From: Escherichia phage NTNC80A
Strand: one strand, 5' to 3'
Length of the DNA: 43,714 nt
Sequence record: OP018999.1
In this document: in pieces, positions 7,297 through 16,298 of the stretch
Numbering within the stretch: position 1 is the stretch's first letter
Layout: each line of letters opens with the position of its first letter
Program-made: the position numbers and the translations under genes
The notes under the pieces: generated by a model
Told to the model about the DNA's origin: nothing
Seen by the model: only the letters and a program-made list of their open reading frames with translations
Databases searched by the model: none

Positions 7297-9285
7297 ATGG
7301 CTATTATTCAGAATGTACCGTGTCCTGCTTGCCAAAAGAACGGACATGATATTACTGGCAATCATTTAATGATCTTTGACGATGGGGCAGGATACTGTAA
7401 CCGTGGTCACTTCCATGATAACGGTAAACCTTATTACCACAAGCCGGAAGGTGGCATCGAGATAACCGAGTTACCTATTACTGGCAATATCAAATATACA
7501 CCTTCTCAATTCAAAGAAATGGAGAAGGAAGGGAAGATAAGCGACCCTAAGTTGCGCGCCATCGCACTTGGTGGTATGCGTATGAAAGACCGTTGGGAGG
7601 TTATGAATGAGCAAGAAAGGGCAGACCAAGAAGCCGAGTGGAAACTCGATGTTGAATGGTTCCTCACGCTTAAGCGTAAGAACCTTGTATCCCGTCACAT
7701 TCGAGGCGACATCGCTGCAATGTATGATGTGCGCGTCGGACATGATGAAGAAGGCCGAGTCAACCGTCACTACTATCCTAGATACGAAAAGGGTGTGCTC
7801 GTGGGAGCAAAGTGCCGGACGCTGCCGAAGGATTTTAAGTTCGGTCACTTAGGTAAACTCTTTGGTATGCAAGACCTTTTCGGGATGAACACTTTGTCTC
7901 ACGTGTTAGACAAGGGAAGACGAAAGGATTGCTTGCTTATTGTAGGTGGTGAACTGGATGCACTAGCAGCGCAGCAGATGCTCCTTGATTCTGCCAAGGG
8001 TACTAAGTGGGAAGGTCAGCCATACCACGTGTGGTCTGTCAACAAAGGTGAATCTTGCCTTGAAGAGATAGTGCAAAACCGTGAACACATCGCCCAATTC
8101 AAGAAGATTATCTGGGGCTTCGATGGTGATGAGGTAGGACAGAAGCAGAACCAGCAAGCGGCTCGCCTGTTTCCCGGCAAATCCTATATCCTTGAGTACC
8201 CTTCTGGTTGCAAAGATGCCAACAAGGCATTGATGGCTGGCAAGGCTAAAGAATTTGTGGATGCTTGGTTTAATGCAAAGTCATCTGATGAAGTCTTTGG
8301 TAGCCAGATTAAATCTATCGCATCTCAAAGGGATAAGCTCAAGGCTGCACGTCCAGAACAAGGGCTGTCATGGCCTTGGCCTAAGCTAAACAAGGTAACG
8401 CTAGGTATTCGTAAGAACCAACTTATCATTGTAGGCGCAGGCTCTGGTGTAGGTAAGACTGAGTTCCTTCGTGAAGTAGTTAAGCACCTCATTGAAGAAC
8501 ACGGTGAATCTGTAGGCATCATTTCTACAGAAGACCCGATGGTCAAGGTGTCCCGTGCTTTTATCGGTAAGTGGATTGATAAGCGTATTGAGTTACCGCC
8601 AACCAACGACCCGAAAGAAGATGGATACCGTGAGGTGTTCGACTACACCGAGGAAGAAGCTAACGCCGCCATTGATTATGTAGCTGATACAGGTAAGCTG
8701 TTTGTAGCTGACCTAGAGGGTGACTATTCGATGGAAAAGGTAGAGCAAACTTGCCTAGAGTTTGAGGCTATGGGCATTTCTAATATCATCATTGATAACT
8801 TAACGGGGATTAAATTAGATGAGCGTGCTTTTGGTGGGAAGGTTGGTGCACTTGATGAATGCGTCAAGCGGATTGGTACTATCAAAGACCGACACCCGGT
8901 TACTATATTCCTTGTATCACACCTTACACGTCCTCCGGCAAACCGTACCCAACACGAAGAAGGTGGCGAGGTTATCCTTTCTGACTTCCGAGGCTCAGGC
9001 GCTATCGGATTCTGGGCATCTTACGCCTTGGGGATTGAGCGTAACACAAGAGCTGAAACGCTTGACGAAAGGACTACCACGTACATCTCATGTGTCAAAG
9101 ACCGCGACCAAGGTATCTACACTGGAACCAAGGTCATGCTTAAGGGTGACATTCAAACCGGACGTTTAATGGAACCACAAGCCCGTACTAAGTCATTTGA
9201 TACAGGTGAAGCAAGGCAACAAGAAGTGCCGGATTTACCGGACACTATAGAAGAGACAACCTTTGACGATGAACAGGAGTTTTAA
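7297..9285 (+). CDS. DNA primase/helicase (T7 gp4-like)
   Basis: N-terminal zinc ribbon CPACQKNG...CNRGH, Walker A GAGSGVGKT, acidic C-terminus ending DDEQEF. Confidence 0.95.
   Translation: MAIIQNVPCPACQKNGHDITGNHLMIFDDGAGYCNRGHFHDNGKPYYHKPEGGIEITELPITGNIKYTPSQFKEMEKEGKISDPKLRAIALGGMRMKDRWEVMNEQERADQEAEWKLDVEWFLTLKRKNLVSRHIRGDIAAMYDVRVGHDEEGRVNRHYYPRYEKGVLVGAKCRTLPKDFKFGHLGKLFGMQDLFGMNTLSHVLDKGRRKDCLLIVGGELDALAAQQMLLDSAKGTKWEGQPYHVWSVNKGESCLEEIVQNREHIAQFKKIIWGFDGDEVGQKQNQQAARLFPGKSYILEYPSGCKDANKALMAGKAKEFVDAWFNAKSSDEVFGSQIKSIASQRDKLKAARPEQGLSWPWPKLNKVTLGIRKNQLIIVGAGSGVGKTEFLREVVKHLIEEHGESVGIISTEDPMVKVSRAFIGKWIDKRIELPPTNDPKEDGYREVFDYTEEEANAAIDYVADTGKLFVADLEGDYSMEKVEQTCLEFEAMGISNIIIDNLTGIKLDERAFGGKVGALDECVKRIGTIKDRHPVTIFLVSHLTRPPANRTQHEEGGEVILSDFRGSGAIGFWASYALGIERNTRAETLDERTTTYISCVKDRDQGIYTGTKVMLKGDIQTGRLMEPQARTKSFDTGEARQQEVPDLPDTIEETTFDDEQEF
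9233..9255 (+). promoter_or_regulatory. phage RNAP promoter embedded in the 3' end of the helicase gene
   Basis: atttaccggacactatagaagag; +1 G at 9250; simultaneously encodes DLPDTIEE. Confidence 0.6.
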
Positions 9286-9446
9286 TGGGAATTATTAAAC
9301 CAGTATTGAATATCGGTATTGAGATCCTATTCATGCTTGTGATCGCAGATTATGCTGCACGATATGGCTTCAAGAAAGCAGTGAAACTTATCGTTGCATC
9401 TGGTTTTATGATGTCAATGTTCTTTATTGTAACACGCTTTATCTAG
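9285..9446 (+). CDS. small hydrophobic membrane protein (53 aa), hypothetical
   Basis: ATG overlaps the helicase stop (TAATG). MGIIKPVLNIGIEILFMLVIADYAARYGFKKAVKLIVASGFMMSMFFIVTRFI has two hydrophobic segments. Confidence 0.4.
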   Translation: MGIIKPVLNIGIEILFMLVIADYAARYGFKKAVKLIVASGFMMSMFFIVTRFI

Positions 9447-9463
9447 TGTATTTATCAGGGCTT

Positions 9464-9479
9464 GTCTCACATGTGAGAC
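9464..9479. repeat. 16-bp perfect palindrome within an extended hairpin
   Basis: gcttgtctcaca/tgtgagacaggc gives a ~12-bp stem, followed by CTCTTATT; could act as a terminator or processing site. Confidence 0.7.
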
Positions 9480-9519
9480 AGGCTCTTATTAAGTACATTA
9501 ACTAATTGGAGATAATATT

Positions 9520-10215
9520 ATGACTAAACTTGTACTGAATTTAGGGGATAAGGTTCGTAATATTCGCCAATCGTCTAACTACAAAGGGCTGATTGGCTTC
9601 ATTGTAGAAGAGAAGCAAGGCAAGCATGGAGATAAGTGGGTTGTCAAATATCAGAATGGCAAGTTTGCTACTTACTTCAAGGAACTAGCACACATTAGTC
9701 TTGAGAAAGTAGAAACACCTACACATCAATGCAAGTGTGTACACGATGAGGTTTGCGATAAATGTGCTCGCCAGATGCTTAAGAATTTCCTAGCTCCTCT
9801 TTATTATGGTGCTGGTCCTCAAACACTAGCAGAGTACATGGCAGAAAAGAAAACCACACTCAAGAAAGAGCGTCGCAATGTAATCACTGGTAAGACTCAA
9901 AGTGAGATGATTAAGCAATGTGGCACTGCATTAGGTGTTACGCAGTTTAACACTCGTGCTCTTGGTAAATCCACAGGACAAGCTATGGTGAAAATTGGTG
10001 AAGCTATGATGCACCCAAATGTACCTGTGCGAATCTTGGATATTGACCATGCAATCACAGAGCATGGCACATCACGACGTGTAGCTAATACACATTTTGC
10101 CAACACTATAGAAGGTATTATCCGTAAGCAAGGGTTGAAAGGTCTTCACATCTTGAATGGTGAAGAATTACTGTACCTTCCTATCGTTACTGAAGAAACC
10201 TACGTGAATATCTAA
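9520..10215 (+). CDS. hypothetical protein (231 aa) with Cys cluster
   Basis: ORF track; SD GGAGA upstream; contains CKCVHDEVCDKCARQ (possible metal site). Confidence 0.6.
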   Translation: MTKLVLNLGDKVRNIRQSSNYKGLIGFIVEEKQGKHGDKWVVKYQNGKFATYFKELAHISLEKVETPTHQCKCVHDEVCDKCARQMLKNFLAPLYYGAGPQTLAEYMAEKKTTLKKERRNVITGKTQSEMIKQCGTALGVTQFNTRALGKSTGQAMVKIGEAMMHPNVPVRILDIDHAITEHGTSRRVANTHFANTIEGIIRKQGLKGLHILNGEELLYLPIVTEETYVNI

Positions 10216-10224
10216 GGAGTTAAT

Positions 10225-10467
10225 ATGGCTACTAAAGTCTTAATATATAAAAGTAAAATAGCACCTACAGGTTTAGCCTACGGAGTTGTAACACCATTTG
10301 GTGTTAAGCCTTACTTTATTAAAGAACTTGCAATCTTAGGTGCTGCTGCCTCTGCGTCTTTTCAGCAAACACTTAGAGGTAGCTGGACAGAATCAGAGTT
10401 GCGTCAGGCTATTAAAGATACAGGCTCTAAAGTTATTGGCTCTTTCATGGTGGAGGCTGAACAATGA
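10225..10467 (+). CDS. hypothetical protein (80 aa)
   Basis: ORF track; SD AAGGAG 7 nt upstream. Confidence 0.5.
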   Translation: MATKVLIYKSKIAPTGLAYGVVTPFGVKPYFIKELAILGAAASASFQQTLRGSWTESELRQAIKDTGSKVIGSFMVEAEQ

Positions 10468-10718
10468 AACAACGTGCAATCAAACGCTGTATCAAGCGTG
10501 CTCAAAAGCAGTTACATCGTGGCACATTTAAAGGGCGACTTGCTGTAGTACAACCAAGCATGACTGGTGCAGTCTTTGCATTTGAAGATGTATATAGTGT
10601 CGTGCGTCCAAATGGTAGTGATTGCCAGTGGGGCTTCGCAGGATTTAAGTTTAAGTCAGGGCACTCACATTGGTATAACCGAGGATACCTTACAGCCGTG
10701 GCGGTGTCTTATGTCTAA
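10464..10718 (+). CDS. hypothetical basic protein (84 aa)
   Basis: ORF track; ATGA overlap with the previous gene. Confidence 0.5.
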   Translation: MKQRAIKRCIKRAQKQLHRGTFKGRLAVVQPSMTGAVFAFEDVYSVVRPNGSDCQWGFAGFKFKSGHSHWYNRGYLTAVAVSYV

Positions 10719-10884
10719 ACACAGTCTTAAGATGTTCGATGGTCACGAAGACCTGCAAGCACAAATCACTAACCAAGCCTTCCTGTTCGCACAGTTAACT
10801 ATGGCTGAGGCCAAGAAGAATAGTCTCACTCGTGAACAGGTTATCAAGGAAGGTGAAGTGAAACGTAAGATTCGCAGTCGATAA
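10711..10884 (+). CDS. hypothetical protein (57 aa)
   Basis: In-frame ATG 10711 overlapping the previous stop; the longer ORF-track form (10567) would overlap the upstream gene heavily. Confidence 0.4.
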   Translation: MSKHSLKMFDGHEDLQAQITNQAFLFAQLTMAEAKKNSLTREQVIKEGEVKRKIRSR

Positions 10885-10890
10885 GTCAAG

Positions 10891-10922
10891 GGTTGTCCAA
10901 CGTGTTGGACAGCCTCTTTATC
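10891..10922 (+). terminator. hairpin with U-rich tail upstream of the DNA polymerase gene
   Basis: ggttgtccaa-cgtg-ttggacagcc stem-loop followed by TCTTTATC. Confidence 0.45.
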
Positions 10923-10945
10923 ATATTGATTGGAGGATTAACTTT

Positions 10946-11050
10946 ATGAATAACTACGACTCTGATTGGGATTTTGAAGATTCAATGCAACCTGAACCAG
11001 AAACTCCTGACTACATGTTTGATACCGAGGCAATGTATGAAGACTATTGA
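10946..11050 (+). CDS. acidic micro-protein (34 aa), hypothetical
   Basis: SD TGGAGGA then ATG 10946; MNNYDSDWDFEDSMQPEPETPDYMFDTEAMYEDY; its 3' end overlaps the polymerase start. Confidence 0.35.
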   Translation: MNNYDSDWDFEDSMQPEPETPDYMFDTEAMYEDY

Positions 11051-13547
11051 TTGGAAGAAGGAAGCAGAAGGCCGTATCCTAGTGATGGATGCGGAAGCAA
11101 AAGGTTTGCTTGATGCTATCCGCTACGGTCATCGTGAAGATGTGCATATCATTTGCTGCATGGACTTGCTTACTACCGAGGAGTTCCTCTTCTTTGACCC
11201 GTATGAGATGCGTGACCCTGAAGCAAGGGAGCGCCTGAAGGAATGGGAAGGCCATCAAGATGGTGACTTGGTTGATGGTGTTAACTTTCTGAAACACTGT
11301 GAAGCCATCGTGTCACAGAACTTCCTAGGGTATGACGGCCTTCTCTTTGAGAAAGCATTCCCTAATATCTGGAAAGGCTTTAACTACACAGAGAAGCGCG
11401 GCAAGGGCAGGCTCCGTGCCGACCTGTGTCCTGTGCGAGTCATGGACACGCTGGTGATGAGCCGCCTGTTAAACCCCGATAGACGCCTCCCTCCGCAAGC
11501 ATACGCCAAAGGTATGGGTAACGTCGCCCCTCACTCAATTGAGGCGCACGGCATCCGTATAGGCCGCTATAAACCGGAGAACGAGGACTGGTCTAAACTG
11601 ACCGACCACATGGTTCACCGTGTACGTGAGGACGTGGCGATTGGTCGTGACCTGTTCCTCTGGCTCTTTAACGGGGAATGGATGGAGCACAAACGCCGTG
11701 GCGTGAATAAACGTACAGGCCTAGGTATTGAGACAGCCTTCCACATGGAATCCATTGTGGCGCTGGAGATGAGCCGACAAGCCGAGCGTGGGTTCCGTCT
11801 GGATATTGACAAGGCTTTGGCCCGATGCGAAGAACTGGACGCTAAGATTGACGAGACAGTCGCAGCGTTCCGCCCACACATGCCTATGCGTATCAAGTCT
11901 AAACCTTTTAAACCGGAAGAAAAGAATGAAGTATGCCAACGCGCAAATGAGTATGGAGCTAGTAACAATATACCTACTGTCCTTGACCCCTCACACTTTC
12001 TTCATGCCGAGAGACGAGGGGATCGCAAGACAGTATGGAGTGTCACTACTAAGTCTGGTGATTGGTCGGCTAGTGTCAAGAAAGACTTTCCTCACCTTAG
12101 AGGAAACCGTAATGACACGCCAAGCATCAAGTGGGTTGGCGCTTACTCGCCTGTTACTTTCGAAGAGATTCCCTTGGGTAACAGGGATACAGTTAAGCAA
12201 GTGCTCTATGATTATGGATGGAAAGGTGTTGAGTTTAACGATACCGAGCAAGCGCATCTCGATGAGTATGGCGTATTACCCAAGCCTTGGAGTGGCAAGA
12301 TAAATGAGAAGTCCCTTACTTTATGGCAGGAAAGAGCCGCACGTGAAGGTAAAACAGTCCCTGATTGGTGCTTGGGTATCGCTGCATGGTACATACTCGT
12401 ATCCCGTCGTGGTCAGATCCTCAACCGTGGTGACGTTGAAGCCTTCAACGAGAAAGGGGCGTGGCCCTCGCAGGCTGGTGTACGAAAGTGTCGCGGCCTT
12501 GTACCTGTAGCCTTTAACAAGGAGCTAGGAATCAATGCGCAGCAATACTATGAAAGGTATGGGTGTTGGCCTACGTCTGACAAGGATGACGGAGAGTGGC
12601 GTGTGCCAGGCAATGCTGTTACTATTGGCACTAATACGTTCCGTATGCGTCATCGTAACATCGTTAATATTCCTTCCCGTGGGTTGTATCCTTTACGTGA
12701 TTTATTCATAGCTAGCAAAGGCAAAATGATACTTGGGTGTGATGGTGCAGGTCTTGAGCTTCGCATCTTAGCCCATTTCATGGGTGACCCTGAGTATATT
12801 GATATTGTCTTGAATGGTGATATTCACTCGCACAACCAAGCGAAGGCTGGATTGCCCCTGCGTGACACTGCGAAAACATTTATCTACGCTTTTCTCTATG
12901 GGTCTGGCATACCAAATCTTGCAGCTGTATGTGGCATGACTGAAGCACAGATGAAAGAATGTGTCGCTCGCTTTGAAGTAGAGCTACCACATTTAGCTAA
13001 ACTTAAAGAAGGAGTAGAATCTGCTGCTTCAACCTTTGGATACATGCACGCTGTAGATGGTCGATGGGGACGTGTACGCGTTAGCAATGGTGAGATTAAG
13101 ATTCACACTTGTCTTAACGTACTGCTCCAGATGACTGGCTCCCTCACTATGAAGTACTCAAAGGTGAAGGCTCTCGCTACTATGCGAAAAGAAGGTGTTG
13201 CTCTTGATGAGAATGGAAACCCTGCTATGCTTGTAGACTATCACGATGAATGGCAGATGGAGGTTCCTGAAGATGAAGTCTTAGAGATTCGCTACTCCAT
13301 CCCTTCTTCTGAATGGAAAGAAGAAGAGAAACGCCAGTATCGTGACAGCGAAGGACGCATATGGTCTGCGCCTAAAATAGTTGAAGGCAACCCTAAAGAG
13401 GATGAAGAGGTAACAGTACGTCGCAGGTATCATCGTGCTGGTGAAATCCTAGCTGAATCTATTACGTGGGCTGGAGAATATCTCAAGCTACGCATCCGAA
13501 TGGATGGCGAATATATGCTTGGATATTCATGGGCTGAAACGCACTGA
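11037..13547 (+). CDS. DNA polymerase, family A (T7 gp5-like)
   Basis: 836 aa from ATG 11037 (SD GAGG); motifs GCDGAGLELRILAHFM, GDIHSHNQ, KTFIYAFLYGSG align with T7 DNA polymerase as recalled. Confidence 0.95.
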   Translation: MKTIDWKKEAEGRILVMDAEAKGLLDAIRYGHREDVHIICCMDLLTTEEFLFFDPYEMRDPEARERLKEWEGHQDGDLVDGVNFLKHCEAIVSQNFLGYDGLLFEKAFPNIWKGFNYTEKRGKGRLRADLCPVRVMDTLVMSRLLNPDRRLPPQAYAKGMGNVAPHSIEAHGIRIGRYKPENEDWSKLTDHMVHRVREDVAIGRDLFLWLFNGEWMEHKRRGVNKRTGLGIETAFHMESIVALEMSRQAERGFRLDIDKALARCEELDAKIDETVAAFRPHMPMRIKSKPFKPEEKNEVCQRANEYGASNNIPTVLDPSHFLHAERRGDRKTVWSVTTKSGDWSASVKKDFPHLRGNRNDTPSIKWVGAYSPVTFEEIPLGNRDTVKQVLYDYGWKGVEFNDTEQAHLDEYGVLPKPWSGKINEKSLTLWQERAAREGKTVPDWCLGIAAWYILVSRRGQILNRGDVEAFNEKGAWPSQAGVRKCRGLVPVAFNKELGINAQQYYERYGCWPTSDKDDGEWRVPGNAVTIGTNTFRMRHRNIVNIPSRGLYPLRDLFIASKGKMILGCDGAGLELRILAHFMGDPEYIDIVLNGDIHSHNQAKAGLPLRDTAKTFIYAFLYGSGIPNLAAVCGMTEAQMKECVARFEVELPHLAKLKEGVESAASTFGYMHAVDGRWGRVRVSNGEIKIHTCLNVLLQMTGSLTMKYSKVKALATMRKEGVALDENGNPAMLVDYHDEWQMEVPEDEVLEIRYSIPSSEWKEEEKRQYRDSEGRIWSAPKIVEGNPKEDEEVTVRRRYHRAGEILAESITWAGEYLKLRIRMDGEYMLGYSWAETH

Positions 13548-13565
13548 TTAACATAGGAGAAACAT

Positions 13566-13994
13566 ATGGCTAATCGTAAAGAGATGGAGATTGTTAAGTT
13601 AGATAATGGCTGTCTCGTGCAGACTAGCCATAAGCTCAATCCTGATGGTTACTTTCGTAAGCGTATATGGCATGAAGGTCGCTTGCAGCACATGATGTAC
13701 CATCGTTACATGTGGATTCAAAAGCATGGTGAGATACCAAAAGGGTATGAAGTTGACCACAAATGTAAGAATCGTGCATGTTTCAATGTTGACCATTTAC
13801 AATTACTTAAGTCGTCTGAGCATAGAACTAAAGACAATACAGGCCGTCATGGTGATAAGAAGCAAGCTGCATATTTAATTTGGAAGCAGCATTGCGGAGC
13901 TATTACAGGAGCTGCCCTAGCTGAATTGGTTGGTGTATCATTCAGTGCTACGTGTAAGTGGATTAGAGGCTGGAGGACTAATGAGCACCAGTGA
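13566..13994 (+). CDS. HNH homing endonuclease
   Basis: VDHKCKNRACFNVDHLQL HNH motif; free-standing gene right after the polymerase; SD AGGAGA. Confidence 0.85.
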   Translation: MANRKEMEIVKLDNGCLVQTSHKLNPDGYFRKRIWHEGRLQHMMYHRYMWIQKHGEIPKGYEVDHKCKNRACFNVDHLQLLKSSEHRTKDNTGRHGDKKQAAYLIWKQHCGAITGAALAELVGVSFSATCKWIRGWRTNEHQ

Positions 13995-14165
13995 CATTGT
14001 TTGCCTAGTCTTTACCTTCTTTCTTGTATTTCTTATGCTTGCTTGTTATGGGAGTATGCAAGTAGATATACCTGACGAAGAGGAAGGTTACGATTGAGTT
14101 ATACTCAAGGTCACTTACGAGTGGCCTTTATGGATAACTTATCCCTACTTATTTTGTCTAACATG

Positions 14166-14188
14166 ATTTACTGGACACTATAGAAGGA
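14166..14188 (+). promoter_or_regulatory. phage RNAP promoter (consensus)
   Basis: atttactggacactatagaagg; +1 G at 14183. Confidence 0.75.
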
Positions 14189-14250
14189 AAGCCTAGGTAG
14201 TATAGGTTTATAAGGTAGTATAGGTAATTAAGTAAATATAGGAGATATAA
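14189..14250. other. AT-rich leader with direct repeats, candidate secondary origin
   Basis: aggtagtataggt occurs twice in tandem (cctAGGTAGTATAGGTttataAGGTAGTATAGGTaatt) directly after a promoter. Confidence 0.3.
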
Positions 14251-14252
14251 AT

Positions 14253-14630
14253 ATGTCTATGGTAACTACTCTGGTATTCGTGGCTCAATACTTTCGTGGC
14301 TTATCTAATAAGTTTAAGCAGAAGGCTATCTTTGCAATTCAAGAGCGTATCAACAAAATTGAAGAAGAACAAGTAGATGTAGAAGAACATCGTAGTTCTC
14401 AAATGATTGACTGCCACAATCGCTACTATACATCTCGTGATGACCTGAATGAACGTCAAGTCAAAGAGGTAGAAGAGATGATGGCACGTCACCAGCAAGA
14501 GCGGGACAATCTGGAAGCTACCTTCGAAGAGAACAAGGCATCAATTGCCCTTGTACATCAGGCTGCATCTGACAGTCTGAAGAAAGAGATTGTTATGCTG
14601 GAAATTGAACTTGATAACCTGACTAAGTAA
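14253..14630 (+). CDS. hypothetical protein (125 aa), coiled-coil-rich
   Basis: ORF track; SD AGGAGA; hydrophobic N-terminus then charged helical sequence. Confidence 0.6.
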   Translation: MSMVTTLVFVAQYFRGLSNKFKQKAIFAIQERINKIEEEQVDVEEHRSSQMIDCHNRYYTSRDDLNERQVKEVEEMMARHQQERDNLEATFEENKASIALVHQAASDSLKKEIVMLEIELDNLTK

Positions 14631-14636
14631 GGGGTT

Positions 14637-14870
14637 ATGATGGAAGAAGTAATTCAAGCTAGCAGTGTTCTTTTGTCTTTTAATGATGTGCCACCAGAGC
14701 ACCCAACTAGTGTAGTCTTGTTTGTTGAAGGTCAAAACTGCCAACAATTAAGTCTGTCACTTCGTGATACTCGCGTTAGTGTACATATGCAAGGTACCCA
14801 CGAGGGTGAATGTGTAAGCTACATTTACCCTCGAGACGCTATTGCACGCATTAAAGTAGTTCATAAATAA
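14637..14870 (+). CDS. hypothetical protein (77 aa)
   Basis: ORF track; starts 7 nt after the previous stop. Confidence 0.5.
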   Translation: MMEEVIQASSVLLSFNDVPPEHPTSVVLFVEGQNCQQLSLSLRDTRVSVHMQGTHEGECVSYIYPRDAIARIKVVHK

Positions 14871-14891
14871 TTAGGTGACACTATAGAACAA
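14869..14891 (+). promoter_or_regulatory. phage RNAP promoter (SP6-type)
   Basis: aattaggtgacactatagaaca; +1 G at 14886; followed by a ~150-nt leader containing hairpin atgtgca-tgt-tgcacat. Confidence 0.7.
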
Positions 14892-15037
14892 TAGGTCGAT
14901 TTAGTTCGGCCTATGATTGTAAAGTGTTGAACCGCCTATTGTGCATGTTGCACATCCCCATTCTCTAACTGGGGCTTTCTAGTGAGTACATGCGTGTGCT
15001 CAGTACAAAGCTAACAAACAACAGGAGGAATAAATTA

Positions 15038-15844
15038 ATGGCACGTAACTTTGACTTCGGCGCAGAAATTACTCAATCCACTGGTGGTGTATTTAAGAAC
15101 CCTGAAGTGGGCGACCATGAGGCAGTTATCTCTGGCATCATTCACGTTGGTTCCTTCCAAGACATCTTCAAGAAAGGTAACACCACCGAGGTGAAGAAGC
15201 CTGCTAACTTCGTTCTTGTTAAGGTAATCCTGATGGGTGACGATGACAAGAACGAGGATGGCTCTCGTATGGAACAGTGGATGGCTGTGCCGCTCAAGTC
15301 TGGTGACAAGGCAACGCTGACCAAGTTCCTGAATGCAGTTGACCCGAAAGAATTGCTTGGTGGCTTCGATGACTTCATCGGCGAGTGCATGACTGTTAGC
15401 ATGGTTGGTGATGATAAGGGTGGCAAGAACGAAGATGGCACTTTCAAGTATGTTAACTGGAAAGGCTTCGGCGGTATGCCTGATAAACTCAAGAAGCTGG
15501 TTCTGGCTCAGGTGGAAGAAGAAGGCTTAACCATGACAGGCCACATCACCTTCGACAAGCTGACCCGCGAAATCATCGACAGCATCCCTGCACATCTCGT
15601 TCGTCAGTACCTGCTGAACGAAACACCACGCGGTAAGAACCTGTCCGTTGCTGGCTCTCATGTTGAAGCCATCATCGCTGAGGCTCGCGCTGCCGATGCT
15701 GAGTGGAAGAAGGCCAAGAAGAAAGACAATGACGCAACTCCAGAAGACCGTAAGCCTCTGGACACAGGTGCCTCTGTCCCGCAGGAAGTACCGGAAGCCC
15801 CTAACGTAGCGGCACCGGAGATGGACGAAGACTCGGAATATTGA
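15038..15844 (+). CDS. hypothetical protein (268 aa) with acidic C-terminal tail; possible ssDNA-binding/replisome protein
   Basis: ATG 15038 with SD AGGAGGAA (ORF track 14990); own promoter; C-terminus PEMDEDSEY; N-terminus MARNFDFGAEIT. The SSB assignment is a guess from position and tail. Confidence 0.7.
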   Translation: MARNFDFGAEITQSTGGVFKNPEVGDHEAVISGIIHVGSFQDIFKKGNTTEVKKPANFVLVKVILMGDDDKNEDGSRMEQWMAVPLKSGDKATLTKFLNAVDPKELLGGFDDFIGECMTVSMVGDDKGGKNEDGTFKYVNWKGFGGMPDKLKKLVLAQVEEEGLTMTGHITFDKLTREIIDSIPAHLVRQYLLNETPRGKNLSVAGSHVEAIIAEARAADAEWKKAKKKDNDATPEDRKPLDTGASVPQEVPEAPNVAAPEMDEDSEY

Positions 15845-15851
15845 ATAAACC

Positions 15852-16298
15852 ATGACTTCCGATCAGATAAAAGAGAAGATACAGAATAATATTGTTGTAT
15901 CTGAAACTGGATGCTGGTTGTGGCAGAAGTCTATAGCTACTAATGGATATGGTAACATCTGCGTAGGTAAAGGAAGAAACAGAGCAGTTCACAGGGTTGC
16001 TTGTGAACTGTATCACGGAGTTCCACCTACGCGTATGGATGCCGTTCATTCTTGTGACAATAAGGCTTGTTGCAATCCAGAACACCTGTCTTGGGGAACA
16101 AGGAGTCGTAATGAAATAGAGGCTGTGAGAAGGCTAGGTAAGTCACATAAACTTAAACTACATGAAGCAGCATACATTAAGTTCTCCGGTTTACCTACTA
16201 AAGAATTAGTAGGTATGTTCTCTGTGAGTAAAGATTTAATTAACAGAATTAAGCGTGGTGTCTTATGGGCACACGTAACCAAGGGGGATTTAAGATGA
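15852..16298 (+). CDS. HNH homing endonuclease
   Basis: HSCDNKACCNPEHLSWGT HNH motif plus C-terminal helix-turn-helix-like region. Confidence 0.85.
   Translation: MTSDQIKEKIQNNIVVSETGCWLWQKSIATNGYGNICVGKGRNRAVHRVACELYHGVPPTRMDAVHSCDNKACCNPEHLSWGTRSRNEIEAVRRLGKSHKLKLHEAAYIKFSGLPTKELVGMFSVSKDLINRIKRGVLWAHVTKGDLR

Noticed and set aside
7607-7852. 81-aa plus-strand ORF inside the primase/helicase gene
   Set aside because: Alternative-frame ORF within a confidently identified gene, with no start signals.
10091-10117. Promoter-like sequence attttgccaacactatagaagg inside the 9520..10215 gene
   Set aside because: The downstream half matches, but five consecutive mismatches fall in the -12 to -8 region that sets T7-type promoter specificity; probably non-functional.
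10340-10531. 63-aa ORF in an alternative frame
   Set aside because: Entirely nested in another frame inside the 10225..10467 and 10464..10718 genes, which have better start context.
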